A DNA stretch of 64,000 nucleotides from positions 99,860-163,859 of the forward strand of contig CAWFSD010000003.1 in the NCBI GenBank assembly GCA_963818245.1, given 5' to 3'. Under the pieces are notes generated by a model that saw only the letters and a list, made by a program, of their open reading frames with translations, searched no databases and was not told the origin of the DNA. Of this stretch, positions 17,626 to 30,587 are shown in pieces. Made by a program: the position numbers and the translations under genes. Within the stretch, counting starts at the first letter, position 1; each line of letters begins with the position of its first letter. Source of the DNA: an uncultured Planctomycetota bacterium (GTDB lineage Bacteria > Planctomycetota > UBA11346).

Positions 17626-20475
17626 TCAATTCCCCGTCTTCGCCTTCCCCGCATCGTAGCGCCGCCAGAACTCCGCCGCCGGCAGGTCGTTGATGACCAA
17701 GCTGCCCGGCAGCCCGCGCAGGCCGTCGAGTCCGGCGAGGTCCGGGCCCATGGAGAAGCTGAGGAGGCGCAGCGGCTTGCCGGCGAGCGGAGAGAGGTCG
17801 CGCACCAGCGGGCATTCGATGATGGACAGGCCCTCGAGCGGCGCGTCGCGGAAGATGGCGAGGTCGGCGAAGCCGCTGCAGCCGACCATCCACACCTTGG
17901 TCAGCGGCATGCCGGCGAGCGGCGTGAAGTCGCGGACCTTGGCCAGGCCGGCGATGTGCAGCGATGTCACCGGCATGCCGGCGAGCGGGGCGAGGCTCGC
18001 GATCGCGCTGCAGCGGTCCAGGTCCAGGACGGTGATGCGCATGCCGGTGAGCGGCGCGAGGTCGCTCACCAGCCGGCAGTCGGGGGCCATCAGCGTGGTG
18101 AGCGGCATGCCGCGCAGGGGCGTCAGGTCCTGCACCTGGTTGCACCGGCCGATCTCCAGGGCGGTCAGGTGGCCGCCCTGCAGCGGGGCCAAGCTCGCGA
18201 CGCCGGTGCAGCCGACCAGGGACAGCGCGGTCAGCTCCTTGCCGATCACGGGCGCGATGTCGGTCAGCAGCGGGCAGTCGACCAGCGCCAGCTCCTTGAG
18301 CGGCATGCCGGCCAGCATCGAGAAGTCCGCGACCTTGGGCAGCGTGCGCAGATTGAGGTGGACCAGGCGCAGCTGGCGCAGGGGGCCGAGGTCGGCGACG
18401 TGCGGGCACTCCTCGATGATGAGGGTGGTCAGCGGCATGCCGATGAGCGGCGCGAGGTCCTGGACGCGCGGGCAGGCCTTCAGCACCAGCTCGGCCAGCG
18501 GCAGCCCGCGCAGCGGGGTCAGGTCCGAGATCGCCTCGTTGAGGTTGCCGGACTCGAAGCGGTAGCGGCCCTTGCCGAGCGCCACCAGGTGGGCGCCGGC
18601 GCCGGGCCAGGTCTTGTCCAGGCGCTGCCGGTAGGTCGCGTCCAGCCGCGCGGCCGACTTCGCCACGCGCTCGGCCAGTGACGGCGAGCCGAGCTCGACC
18701 AGGACGGTGGCGAGGTCGTCGCCCAGGGCCGTGGAGCCCGCCGGAGCGCCGGCGCCCAGCCGGCACAGCCGGGTGAGCTCCTGGACGGCCGGGAGCTGGC
18801 GGCGGTCGCCCTTCAGCTGCTCGAGAGCGGCGACCGCCGCCGGGAAGTCCTGCGCGCAGACCAGCAGCTCCGCGCGCAGCAGCTGGGCCTCGTCCGCGTC
18901 CGGGTCGAAGTGCAGGGCGAGGTCGACCGCTTCCTTGGCCTGGCCGAGGTCCTGGTTGGAGATCGCCGCCCGGGTCTGGGCGATCAGGGCCGGGACGGCC
19001 GCGTGCTCGGCCGCCTTGCGTCCCTGCTGCTCGGCGGTGACCGCCTCCAGCGCGTCCTCGGCGCGGCGCCGCTCGTGCTTCTCCTCGTGCAGGGCCTGGG
19101 TGGTGATGACCAGGAACAGCGTGGTCAGCACCACCACCAGCGGCACCAGCACGCCGATGGCGATGCTCGCGGCGCGGTTGCGGCGCATCAGCTTGCGCAG
19201 CGTCTCCCAGGCCGAGTCGACCTTGGCCGAGACGCTGCGCCCGTCCAGGTAGAGTTCGAGGTCGCGGCGGAAGTCCTCGACCCACTGGTAGCGCCGGAAC
19301 TGGGAGTGGTGCAGCGCCTTGAGCGCGATCGCCGAGAGTTCGGCCGGGATCGCGCGGTCGGGGGCGCGCATCTCGGGCGCGTCGATGCGCCCCGCCTTGG
19401 CGGCTTCGATGAGGTCCTTGGCGTTCTTGCCGCGCACCGGCGCGCCCAGGGTCAGGCACTCGTAGAGCAGCGCGCCGAGCGCGTAGACGTCGCTGCGCCG
19501 GTCGATGCGCGCGGTGTCGCCCCGCGCCTGTTCCGGGGCCATGTAGGCGGGCGTGCCGGCGACCTGCCCGACGCGCGTGTCGGCCTGGCCGCCGTCGCGG
19601 CTGCTGGTCACCAGCGAGGCCTCGCCGGAGCTGGCCAGGAAGTCGTCGCCCGGCGGGGTCTGGCGGCGCGCGATGCGCTGGGTGCCGTGCTTGGAGACGA
19701 TGCGGGTGGTGCCGTCGCCGGCGGTGCGCGGGTCCATGGGCGGTTCGTCGTCCACGGTGCGCACCGCGCCGCTGCCGTCGCCGACGGCGTCGCCGCTCGC
19801 GGTCGGACGCTTGCCGGCGATCTTGGCCAGGCCCCAGTCCATGACCAGGACCTCGCCGAAGCGGCCGATCATGATGTTGGCCGGCTTGAGGTCGCGGTGC
19901 AGCACGCCCTTGTGGTGCGCGAAGGCGATGGCGTTGGCGACGTCGACCAGGATGCGCACCAGGCGCGGCAGTCCGAACTCCTTGATCGCCTCGGCGTCGC
20001 CGTCGCGCATCTGGCGGAAGATCTGCGCCAGGCTGCGGCCCTTCACCAGCTTCATGGTGAAGTAGGGGCGGCCGTCGTGGTCGATGCCCATCTCGTGCAC
20101 CGGCACGATGCCGGGGTGCTCGAGCTGGCCGGTGACCTGGGCCTCCTCGATGAAGCGCGCGCGCATCGCGCGGTCGTCGCCCAGCATGACCTTCATCGCC
20201 ACGTGGCGGCGCAGGTCGTTGTCCTGGACCTTGAGGATCGCGCCCATGCCGCCGCGCGCGATCTCGCCGAGCTTCTCGTACTGGTGGGGCGAGCCGCTGC
20301 GGCCCTTGACCGGGGCGGTCTGGACGTGCGGGTAGGTGGTGGCCTCGCCGGCGGGCTTGGCGGCCCGCCGCGGCAGCAGCGGCGCGGTGGGGGGAGCATC
20401 GCTCTCCGGCTGCGCGTCGTCACTATCCGACGCCGGCCGTCGGGGTTTTGGCGAGGGCTCCATGGTGAGGACCAT
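17626..20475 (-). CDS. Ser/Thr protein kinase, TM helix, TPR-like region, C-terminal leucine-rich-repeat (LRR) domain
   Basis: GEIARGGMGAILKV, HRDLKPANIM, DWGLA, GTPAYMAPE. TM IAIGVLVPLVVVLTTLFLVI. At least 12 repeats of about 23 aa (LxPLxGMPLTxLxLxxCxxxxDL). Confidence 0.85.
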   Translation of the reverse strand: MVLTMEPSPKPRRPASDSDDAQPESDAPPTAPLLPRRAAKPAGEATTYPHVQTAPVKGRSGSPHQYEKLGEIARGGMGAILKVQDNDLRRHVAMKVMLGDDRAMRARFIEEAQVTGQLEHPGIVPVHEMGIDHDGRPYFTMKLVKGRSLAQIFRQMRDGDAEAIKEFGLPRLVRILVDVANAIAFAHHKGVLHRDLKPANIMIGRFGEVLVMDWGLAKIAGKRPTASGDAVGDGSGAVRTVDDEPPMDPRTAGDGTTRIVSKHGTQRIARRQTPPGDDFLASSGEASLVTSSRDGGQADTRVGQVAGTPAYMAPEQARGDTARIDRRSDVYALGALLYECLTLGAPVRGKNAKDLIEAAKAGRIDAPEMRAPDRAIPAELSAIALKALHHSQFRRYQWVEDFRRDLELYLDGRSVSAKVDSAWETLRKLMRRNRAASIAIGVLVPLVVVLTTLFLVITTQALHEEKHERRRAEDALEAVTAEQQGRKAAEHAAVPALIAQTRAAISNQDLGQAKEAVDLALHFDPDADEAQLLRAELLVCAQDFPAAVAALEQLKGDRRQLPAVQELTRLCRLGAGAPAGSTALGDDLATVLVELGSPSLAERVAKSAARLDATYRQRLDKTWPGAGAHLVALGKGRYRFESGNLNEAISDLTPLRGLPLAELVLKACPRVQDLAPLIGMPLTTLIIEECPHVADLGPLRQLRLVHLNLRTLPKVADFSMLAGMPLKELALVDCPLLTDIAPVIGKELTALSLVGCTGVASLAPLQGGHLTALEIGRCNQVQDLTPLRGMPLTTLMAPDCRLVSDLAPLTGMRITVLDLDRCSAIASLAPLAGMPVTSLHIAGLAKVRDFTPLAGMPLTKVWMVGCSGFADLAIFRDAPLEGLSIIECPLVRDLSPLAGKPLRLLSFSMGPDLAGLDGLRGLPGSLVINDLPAAEFWRRYDAGKAKTGN

Positions 20476-20533
20476 GGAAGCCGGAAACCTCAGTGCAAGA
20501 GCGGGTTGCAGATCCTTGACTGGGGTGGGCGCC

Positions 20534-22084
20534 TCAGCCCGCGTCGGCGGCGTCGCTGCTGGCGCGGCGCAGCAGGCGGTTGGGCACGTAGCTCCAGAAC
20601 GAGGTGCGGCGGCGGATGATCTTGCCCTCGCTGTCGCCACGCGCGCCGCCGCGCGCCGCCGTCCCCGGCAGGTCGCCCTGGGGCAGGGCGGCGAGCAGGT
20701 CCCCGAGCAGCTCGAGCAGCTCGGCGTGGGACTGGATGCGGTTGGACGGGTCGCGGGCCATCATCGACATGATCAGCTGCGAGAGCCGGCGCTCGACCCC
20801 CGGGTGGACCAGGTGCGGCGGGATCGGCGCTTCGCTCAAGCGCTTGACCATGAGCTGGATGGGGTCGGGGTCGGCGAACGGGGTGCGGCCGGTGACGGCG
20901 TGGTAGATGGTGGCGCCGAGGGCGTAGATGTCGCTGCGCTGATCGGCGGCGGCGCGGCCGCCCTCGACCTGTTCCGGGGCGATGTACGAGGGCGTGCCCG
21001 CGACCCGGCCGTGCTGGAAGAGCCCGTCGAAGCCCTGCTCGGCGGTGACCACGGCGGTGGACGGGCGCTTCGCCGCCAGCGTGCTCTTGGCGAGGCCGAA
21101 ATCGGCGATCTTCACCTGCTCATCGCTGGTGGTCAGGATGTTCGACGGCTTGATGTCGCCGTGCACCAGCCCGACCGTCTCGTGGGCGTAGGCCAGGGCC
21201 TCGGCGACCTGGTAGAACAGCGGCAGGGCGAGTTCGCCGGGCAGGCGCTGGTGGCGCTCGATGAGTGCGGCCAGCGACGGGCCGTCGGCCAGCTCCATGA
21301 CCAGGTGCGGGAAGTCGCCCTGGTCGTGGAAGTCGAAGATGCGCAGGATCGCCGGGTGGTTGAGGCGGGCGAGCAGGCGCGCCTCGTTGGCGGTCATCAG
21401 GCGGTGCGATTCGTCGCCGAAGCTGGGCATCAGCACCTTGACCACCACGTCGATCCCCAGGCTGGCGTGCTCGGCGCGGTAGACGACGGCGCTGCCGCCG
21501 CGGCCGAGCTCGTCGCGCAGCGTGCAGCGGCCGAGCACGGTGCCGGGCTCGGGCGGGGCGAAGATGCGCACCGCCTGGGTGGCGTCGGGGTCGGGGGCGT
21601 GGCGGCGGGTGGTGGGGTGGTCGCCCTTGCGCGCGCGGATGCGCGCGCTGGTGCCGTTGCGCTTGCCGGCTGGCGCGGCGGCGGCTGCGTGCTCGCCCGG
21701 CTTGCCGGCCTGCCACAGCCGCTCCGGCGGGTACTCGGCCAGCATGCGCTCGACCGCGTCCAGGATCGACGCGGTGTCCTTGCTGATGTTGGTGCCGGGC
21801 TCGGCCGTGGTGCTGGCGGCGGCCGGCGCGAGTTCGAAGCGGAACTCGGCCTGGCCGATGACGATCAGGCGGGCCAGCGCGGGCGGGCCGGTGATGGCGT
21901 CGAAGGCGGCGGCGCGCACCGCGCCCAGGATGAAGCGCACCGTGCCGGTGTGGCCGCGACCGGTGAGGTGCAGGGTGCCGGTGACGCAGGTGCGGTGCAG
22001 CATGCGCACCAGTTCCAGGACTTCGCGGCCAGCGACGGTGCCGTGGAAACGGTCGTCGTTCGGCAGGAAGGGTGGGGAGTCCAT
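20534..22084 (-). CDS. Ser/Thr protein kinase with an N-terminal DUF4388-like domain
   Basis: LGRGGSAVVYRA, VVVKVL, HGDIKPSNIL, DFGLA, GTPSYIAPE. N-terminus GREVLELVRMLHRTCVTGTLHLTGRGHTGTVRF. Confidence 0.85.
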   Translation of the reverse strand: MDSPPFLPNDDRFHGTVAGREVLELVRMLHRTCVTGTLHLTGRGHTGTVRFILGAVRAAAFDAITGPPALARLIVIGQAEFRFELAPAAASTTAEPGTNISKDTASILDAVERMLAEYPPERLWQAGKPGEHAAAAAPAGKRNGTSARIRARKGDHPTTRRHAPDPDATQAVRIFAPPEPGTVLGRCTLRDELGRGGSAVVYRAEHASLGIDVVVKVLMPSFGDESHRLMTANEARLLARLNHPAILRIFDFHDQGDFPHLVMELADGPSLAALIERHQRLPGELALPLFYQVAEALAYAHETVGLVHGDIKPSNILTTSDEQVKIADFGLAKSTLAAKRPSTAVVTAEQGFDGLFQHGRVAGTPSYIAPEQVEGGRAAADQRSDIYALGATIYHAVTGRTPFADPDPIQLMVKRLSEAPIPPHLVHPGVERRLSQLIMSMMARDPSNRIQSHAELLELLGDLLAALPQGDLPGTAARGGARGDSEGKIIRRRTSFWSYVPNRLLRRASSDAADAG

Positions 22085-22309
22085 GGAAGGTGTCGCCGGT
22101 GTGGAGTTTAGACCGGGATCAGCTGCCGCACCACTGCTAATCCGCTCGCTGGGGTGTCTGCCGGTGCAACCTTCGCACCATCTTCATCGTCGGGAGATGG
22201 CCGAAAAACCGGATTGAAACACCGCGCGCGCAGCGGCGGATGGATTGCTACGCCCAAGGGGGGCGCGCCGACCCATTCCCAAGGCGTTCCGGGCCGGCAC
22301 GGTGGCGGC

Positions 22310-22741
22310 ATGCCCGACGTCACCATCCGCGTGCGCTCCGCCGCCGCTCCCGACCAGCTGGCCTGGCTGACCATGCGCGTGCGCCGGCGCGAGGACCACC
22401 ACATCCACTTCCAGGCCGAGGTCGCCACCGCCCTGGCCAAGGACGCGGTCAGCTTCCTCGCGCCGCTCACCCCGGCCCAGGCCCAGGTGGTGAAGTCCGA
22501 GATCACCGGCGGCATCCTGATGGCGCGCAAGCAGGCCGGCAAGGTCGGTTTCATCGCCGAACTGCTCTCGCTCGGCGGCAGCGTCGGCGACGAGCGCACG
22601 GTGTCCGCGCTGCCGTCGGTCGCCTTCGCGGTGGCGGCGACCCTGGCGGTGGTGCAGGGCTTGGGAGTGGAGGACCTGCGCACCGCGCCGCGCGGCGGGT
22701 TCCAGTGGAAGCTGGATGCGGTGGAGGTCGTGGAGGAATGA
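22310..22741 (+). CDS. hypothetical protein
   Basis: Internal ATG (MPDVTIRV) of ORF 22154..22741. Good GC3 codon bias. The antisense ORF is low-complexity. No recognisable family. Confidence 0.35.
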   Translation: MPDVTIRVRSAAAPDQLAWLTMRVRRREDHHIHFQAEVATALAKDAVSFLAPLTPAQAQVVKSEITGGILMARKQAGKVGFIAELLSLGGSVGDERTVSALPSVAFAVAATLAVVQGLGVEDLRTAPRGGFQWKLDAVEVVEE

Positions 22742-22770
22742 CCCTGGACCCCAGGTAGGTCAGGGGGTTT

Positions 22771-22923
22771 CTGCCGCAGGGACGCAGAGCTGCAGCGAGG
22801 GCCGCAGAGGGGAGGTGCTGGCGAGGCGGGAAGGTGACGTGACGGCTGCACCAGCGTCAGACCGCAGATCCCCTGCAGGCCGTCCTCCGCGGCCCTCGCT
22901 GCAGCTCTGCGTCTCTGCGGCAG
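22771..22923. repeat. MITE-like element with 40-bp terminal inverted repeats (ctgccgcagggacgcagagctgcagcgagggccgcagagg / cctccgcggccctcgctgcagctctgcgtctctgcggcag)
   Basis: 2 mismatches in 40 bp. 73-bp core. Lies between the hypothetical gene and ychJ. Confidence 0.85.
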
Positions 22924-22942
22924 GATCCTTCGGGATCCCTGC

Positions 22943-23470
22943 TCAGGCCCCGTGGCACTTCTTGAATTTCTTCCCGCTGCCGCAGTGGCAGGGGTCGTTG
23001 CGGCCGATGGTGGGCTCGTTCTTCACGAACGGCTTCTGGCCCGGGGTCTGGCCGTCGACGTAGTGCCAGCGGCCGTCGACGCGGCTGAACTCGCTGCGCT
23101 CGCGGTGCGCGTGGTCGGCGCCGTTCAGGTGGAAGCGCGCGATGAATTCGACCACGCCGGTCTGGTCGTCCACGCCGCCGGCCTCGGTGGCGACGACTTC
23201 CAGGCCCTGCCACTGCGACTTGGTCGCCCAGGCGACCGCGGCCTCGCGGTTGAACTCGCCGCGCCGCGACGGGTGGTCGGTGGCCGCGATGTAGTCGACC
23301 TGGTTGAGCACGTAGGCGCTGTAGCGCGAGCGCATCAGCGCCTCGGCGGTCGGCGCCGGCGAGGTGCCGCGCAGGTAGGGCGCGCAGCAGTCGGCGAAGG
23401 TGCGGCCGCTGGTGCACGCGCAGGGCGCGCCGCCCTCGAGGGTGATGGCGGGGGAGGTGCTGGTGGTCAT
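22943..23470 (-). CDS. ychJ: YchJ-family (UPF0225) protein with SEC-C metal-binding motifs
   Basis: N-terminal [13 protein letters not shown] and C-terminal [16 protein letters not shown]. Confidence 0.8.
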   Translation of the reverse strand: MTTSTSPAITLEGGAPCACTSGRTFADCCAPYLRGTSPAPTAEALMRSRYSAYVLNQVDYIAATDHPSRRGEFNREAAVAWATKSQWQGLEVVATEAGGVDDQTGVVEFIARFHLNGADHAHRERSEFSRVDGRWHYVDGQTPGQKPFVKNEPTIGRNDPCHCGSGKKFKKCHGA

Positions 23471-23474
23471 GCGG

Positions 23475-25289
<1,815 letters not shown>

Positions 25290-25350
25290 GGTCGGTCGCG
25301 CGTGGGAGGGCGCACGGTAGGTGGCGTGCGGGGGCGGGCAATGGACAGGC

Positions 25351-27237
<1,887 letters not shown>

Positions 27238-27280
27238 GGTGGGCCCCCGGCCCGTGCAATGGCCCGGGGGCGCGGGGCAG

Positions 27281-27552
27281 ACCTTGGACAGACCCTGGAC
27301 CCTGGACCCTGGGCCTGGGCCTGGGCCCTGGACCCTGGACCCTAGACCCTAGACCCTAGACCCTAGACCCTAGACCCTAGCCAGTCCGACCGGGTCGGAA
27401 GAGCGTCATCGCGAACGAGGGTCCGAATGCGTTCTTCGTGATGATTGAAAAGCCGCATGCGGTGATCCGGCCGACGACGCGCGCGGGCGACGCACCGGTA
27501 ACATGTCTAGGGTCTAGGGTCTAGGGTCTAGGGCCTCGCGCCTCGCGCCCCC
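27281..27552. repeat. composite element: (GACCCTR)n about 14 units, about 125-bp core, inverted (TCTAGGG)4 directly abutting (CCTCGCG)3
   Basis: Direct reading. Lies in the divergent region between the ABC-F gene and the nfu-like gene. Confidence 0.9.
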
Positions 27553-27593
27553 CGCCCGGGCGTGCAGAGCACGCCGGACTTCTCCCTGTCCCC

Positions 27594-28392
27594 ATGCGCC
27601 GGTTCTGGTACAAGTCCGACCGCAGGAGACCCGCCGTGTCCGCCCCCGTGCCCGCCCCCAGCGCAAAAGTCCTCGCCCGGCTCGCGGCCCTGCGCTTCGC
27701 CGGCGAGCTGACTGCGGCCGACGCGGCGGCGCAGGACTGCCGGCTGGTCGCGACCGAGCACGGGGCGCAGAGCGCGCCGGACCACATCGGCCTGACCCTG
27801 CTGCTCGACGCCGCGGGCATCGTGCGCGATGTGCGCTTCCGCTCGCCCGCGCAGGGCGCGCAGCTCGCCGCCTACGACGCGCTGGCCGAGCAGGCCGTCG
27901 GCCGCCTGCTGACCGACGCGGCGCGCCTGACGCCGCGCCAGATCGACGCGCTGCTGCGCGATGCCGGCGGCGGGCCGGTGCTCGACCTGGTCGCCACCAA
28001 CCACCCCGACGCCGACCACCCGTACTACGTGCTGCGCAAGGCCGCCGAGCGCGCGCTGAGCGTCGAACCCGAGACCCCGCCAGCCCGGTGCCAGCACCGC
28101 CGCTGCGCTGCCGTGGAGCGACATCGGCCTGTTCGAGAAGGTGCGGCGCATCGAGGGCGTGCTCGACACCCACGTGCGTCCGGCGCTGGCCAGCGACGGC
28201 GGCGGTCTGGACCTGGTCGACCTCAAGGACGACGACCTGTTCGTGCAGTACCACGGCGCCTGCGGCTCGTGCTCGTCCTCCATCGGCGGGACCCTGAACT
28301 TCATCCAGGACTCGCTGAACAACCACCTGCAGACCAGGCTGGCGGTGCGCGTCACCGAGGCGGGCGGCGGCGAGAGCATCGTCGGGCTCTAG
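27594..28392 (+). CDS. NifU/Nfu-like Fe-S cluster assembly protein (N-terminal domain of unknown function plus C-terminal Nfu domain; apparent frameshift near 28080)
   Basis: C-terminus (frame 28141) ...WSDIGLFEKVRRIEGVLDTHVRPALASDGGGLDLVDLKDDDLFVQYHGACGSCSSS carries the Nfu CxxC motif. The N-terminal domain is in frame 27594. Confidence 0.6.
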
Positions 28393-28461
28393 ACCCCAGA
28401 CCCCGGAGTGGTGTTCTCGGGTACGGAAGTGGAGAGGGGGCCGCAGGGCTCGTAAAGATCT

Positions 28462-28490
28462 CGGAACCGCGGTCTCGGGTCTCGGGTCCA
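28462..28490. repeat. short (GGTCTCG)3 heptamer tract (variant of the TAGGGTC family)
   Basis: cgcggtctcgggtctcgggtcc, upstream of cimA. Confidence 0.6.
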
Positions 28491-28513
28491 GCCCTAAACC
28501 ATCGGTATATCGA

Positions 28514-28536
28514 GTGAAATGGGTTGTCATTTTCAC
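28514..28536. promoter_or_regulatory. AT-rich dyad GTGAAATGggttgtCATTTTCAC in the cimA leader
   Basis: Direct reading. ATG-N6-CAT core. Confidence 0.35.
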
Positions 28537-28709
28537 GTGGACCATAGCTTTCGGGCATGCGCCGCATCCTGCCGGTCCGAATTATTCCCGGCCACTAGCC
28601 GTCCGCAGCGCGAGCCCGAACCCCGTCGTCCGAGCCACTTGCCTGCGTGCGAGCCACGTGGCCGTTGCGTTTTTCGGACACCCAGGCCACGGACGCATAA
28701 CGGAAACCC

Positions 28710-30351
28710 ATGAATCCTCCCGCCCCCAAGTCCCCTGCCACCGCTCTCGAGATCTACGACACCACGCTCCGCGACGGCTCGCAGGGCGAGGGCGTCAACC
28801 TCAGCCTGGCCGACAAGCTGGCGCTGACCGAGGCCCTCGACTGGCTGGGCGTCGCCTACATCGAAGGCGGCTGGCCCGGTTCGAACCCCAAGGACGAGGC
28901 CTACTTCGCCGAGGTCGGCAAGTTCACGCGCACGCACGCCAAGATCGCCGCCTTCGGCTCGACGCGCCGCGCCAAGTCGACCGCCGCGACCGATGACAAC
29001 CTCGGCAAGCTGGTCGCCTCCGGGGCCGACGTCATCACCATCTTCGGCAAGTCCTGGGACATGCAGGTGATCGAGGCCCTGCGCGTGCGCCTCGAGGACA
29101 ACCTCGAGATGATCGCCGACTCGGTCGCCTACCTGCGCCAGGCCACCGGCCGGCCGGTGTTCTACGACGCCGAGCACTTCTTCGACGGCTGGAAGGCCAA
29201 CCCCGGCTACGCCCTCGACACCGTCGCGGCCGCGTGGACGTCGGGCGCCAGCCGCCTGATCCTGTGCGACACCAACGGCGGCACCATGCCGCACGAGGTC
29301 ACCGCCGCGGTGGCCGCGGTGCGCGCGCGCCTGCCCGAGGCGGTCCTGGGCATCCACGTGCACAACGACGGCGGCCTGGCGGTGGCGAACACCCTGGCCG
29401 CGGTCGCGGCCGGCTGCACGCAGGTGCAGGGCACCATCAACGGCGTCGGCGAGCGCTGCGGCAACGTCGACCTGACCACGGTCATCGCCAACGCCGAGGT
29501 GAAGCTCGGCCACCGCTGCCTGCCCGCACGGCCACCTCCAGCGCCTGACCGAGCTCAGCCGCCTGGTGTGGGAGCGCATCAACCAGGTGGGCCCGGTGAA
29601 CCAGCCCTACGTCGGCCGCGCCGCCTTCGCCCACAAGGGCGGCGTGCACGTCAGCGCGGTGCAGCGCAACGCCCTGACCTACGAGCACGTGCCGCCCGAG
29701 ACCGTCGGCAACACCCGGCGCATCCTGATCAGCGAACTGGCCGGCCGCTCCAACGTCCAGGCCAAGCTCGCCAACCGCTACCCCAGCCTGAACGACCCGG
29801 GGGTCATCGCCAAGGTGCTGAACGAGGTCCAGGACCGCGAGAACGAGGGCTACAGCTACGAGGCCGCGGAGGCCAGCTTCGACCTGCTGGTGCGCCGCCA
29901 CGTCGGCGCCTGGCAGCCCGCGTTCGTCCTGCACCACTACCGCATCCACGGCCTCGGCACGCCAGGCGACGCCAAGGACCTGGTCGAGGCCACGGTCAAG
30001 CTCGACGTGCGCGGCCAGGTCCGGCTGTGCGTCGCCGAGGGCCACGGCCCGGTCGACGCGCTCAGCCACGCCCTGCGCGAGGCCCTGCTGCCGTCCTTCC
30101 CCCAGCTCCAGGAGCTGGCGCTGGTCGACTACAAGGTGCGCGTGGTCAACAGCGCCGACGGCACCGCCGCCAAGGTGCGCGTGTTCATCGAGCACCACAT
30201 CCACGGCCGTTCCTTCGGCACCGTCGGGGTGAGCGAGAACATCATCGAAGCGAGCTGGAAGGCGCTGGTCGAGGCCGTCGAGTACGGGCTGCTGAACGGC
30301 GGCGCGCCCGCCGAGGGCGGGAAGCCGGTCGTCGCGGTCGGGGCAGGGTAG
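28710..30351 (+). CDS. cimA: (R)-citramalate synthase / 2-isopropylmalate synthase family (apparent 1-bp frameshift near 29527)
   Basis: EIYDTTLRDGSQGEGVNLS, YIEGGWPGSNPKD, HVHNDGGLAVANTLAAV. The C-terminal LeuA-dimer-like domain is in frame 29566. The junction HRCLPA/GHLQRLTEL needs a 1-nt change. Confidence 0.8.
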
Positions 30352-30357
30352 GTGCTG

Positions 30358-30510
30358 GGCGCGAGGCGCGAGGCGCGAGGACCTGATTCGAGGTCTAATA
30401 AGTGAAACCCAGAACGGGCACAGTGGACCGGGTCCCAGGACCTCGTGCCTCGTGCCTCGTGCCTCGTGCCTCGTGCCTTGTGCCTCGTGCCTCGCGCCTC
30501 GCGCCTCCCC
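30358..30510. repeat. composite element: (GCGAGGC)3, about 60-bp lower-GC core, inverted (GCCTCGY)9
   Basis: gcgaggcgcgaggcgcgagg ... cctcgtgcctcgtgcctcgtgcctcgtgccttgtgcctcgtgcctcgcgcctcgcgcctc. Lies between cimA and the brx-like gene. Confidence 0.9.
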
Positions 30511-30587
30511 GTCGTCCAAACCGACCCCGGGTGCCCCTTGGTGGCATCCGGATGCGGCCCATGATCCCCTGACCACAAAGGAACCCC

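Noticed and set aside
27506-27534. (TCTAGGG)n as a linear-chromosome telomere
   Set aside because: The tracts are short, interstitial, present at many intergenic sites, and occur as inverted pairs around cores, with genes continuing on both sides.
28861-28872. GGTTCGAACCCC resembling a tRNA T-loop
   Set aside because: It lies inside the cimA coding sequence (GWPGSNPKD codons) and has no acceptor or anticodon stem context. I found no convincing tRNA or rRNA anywhere in the window.
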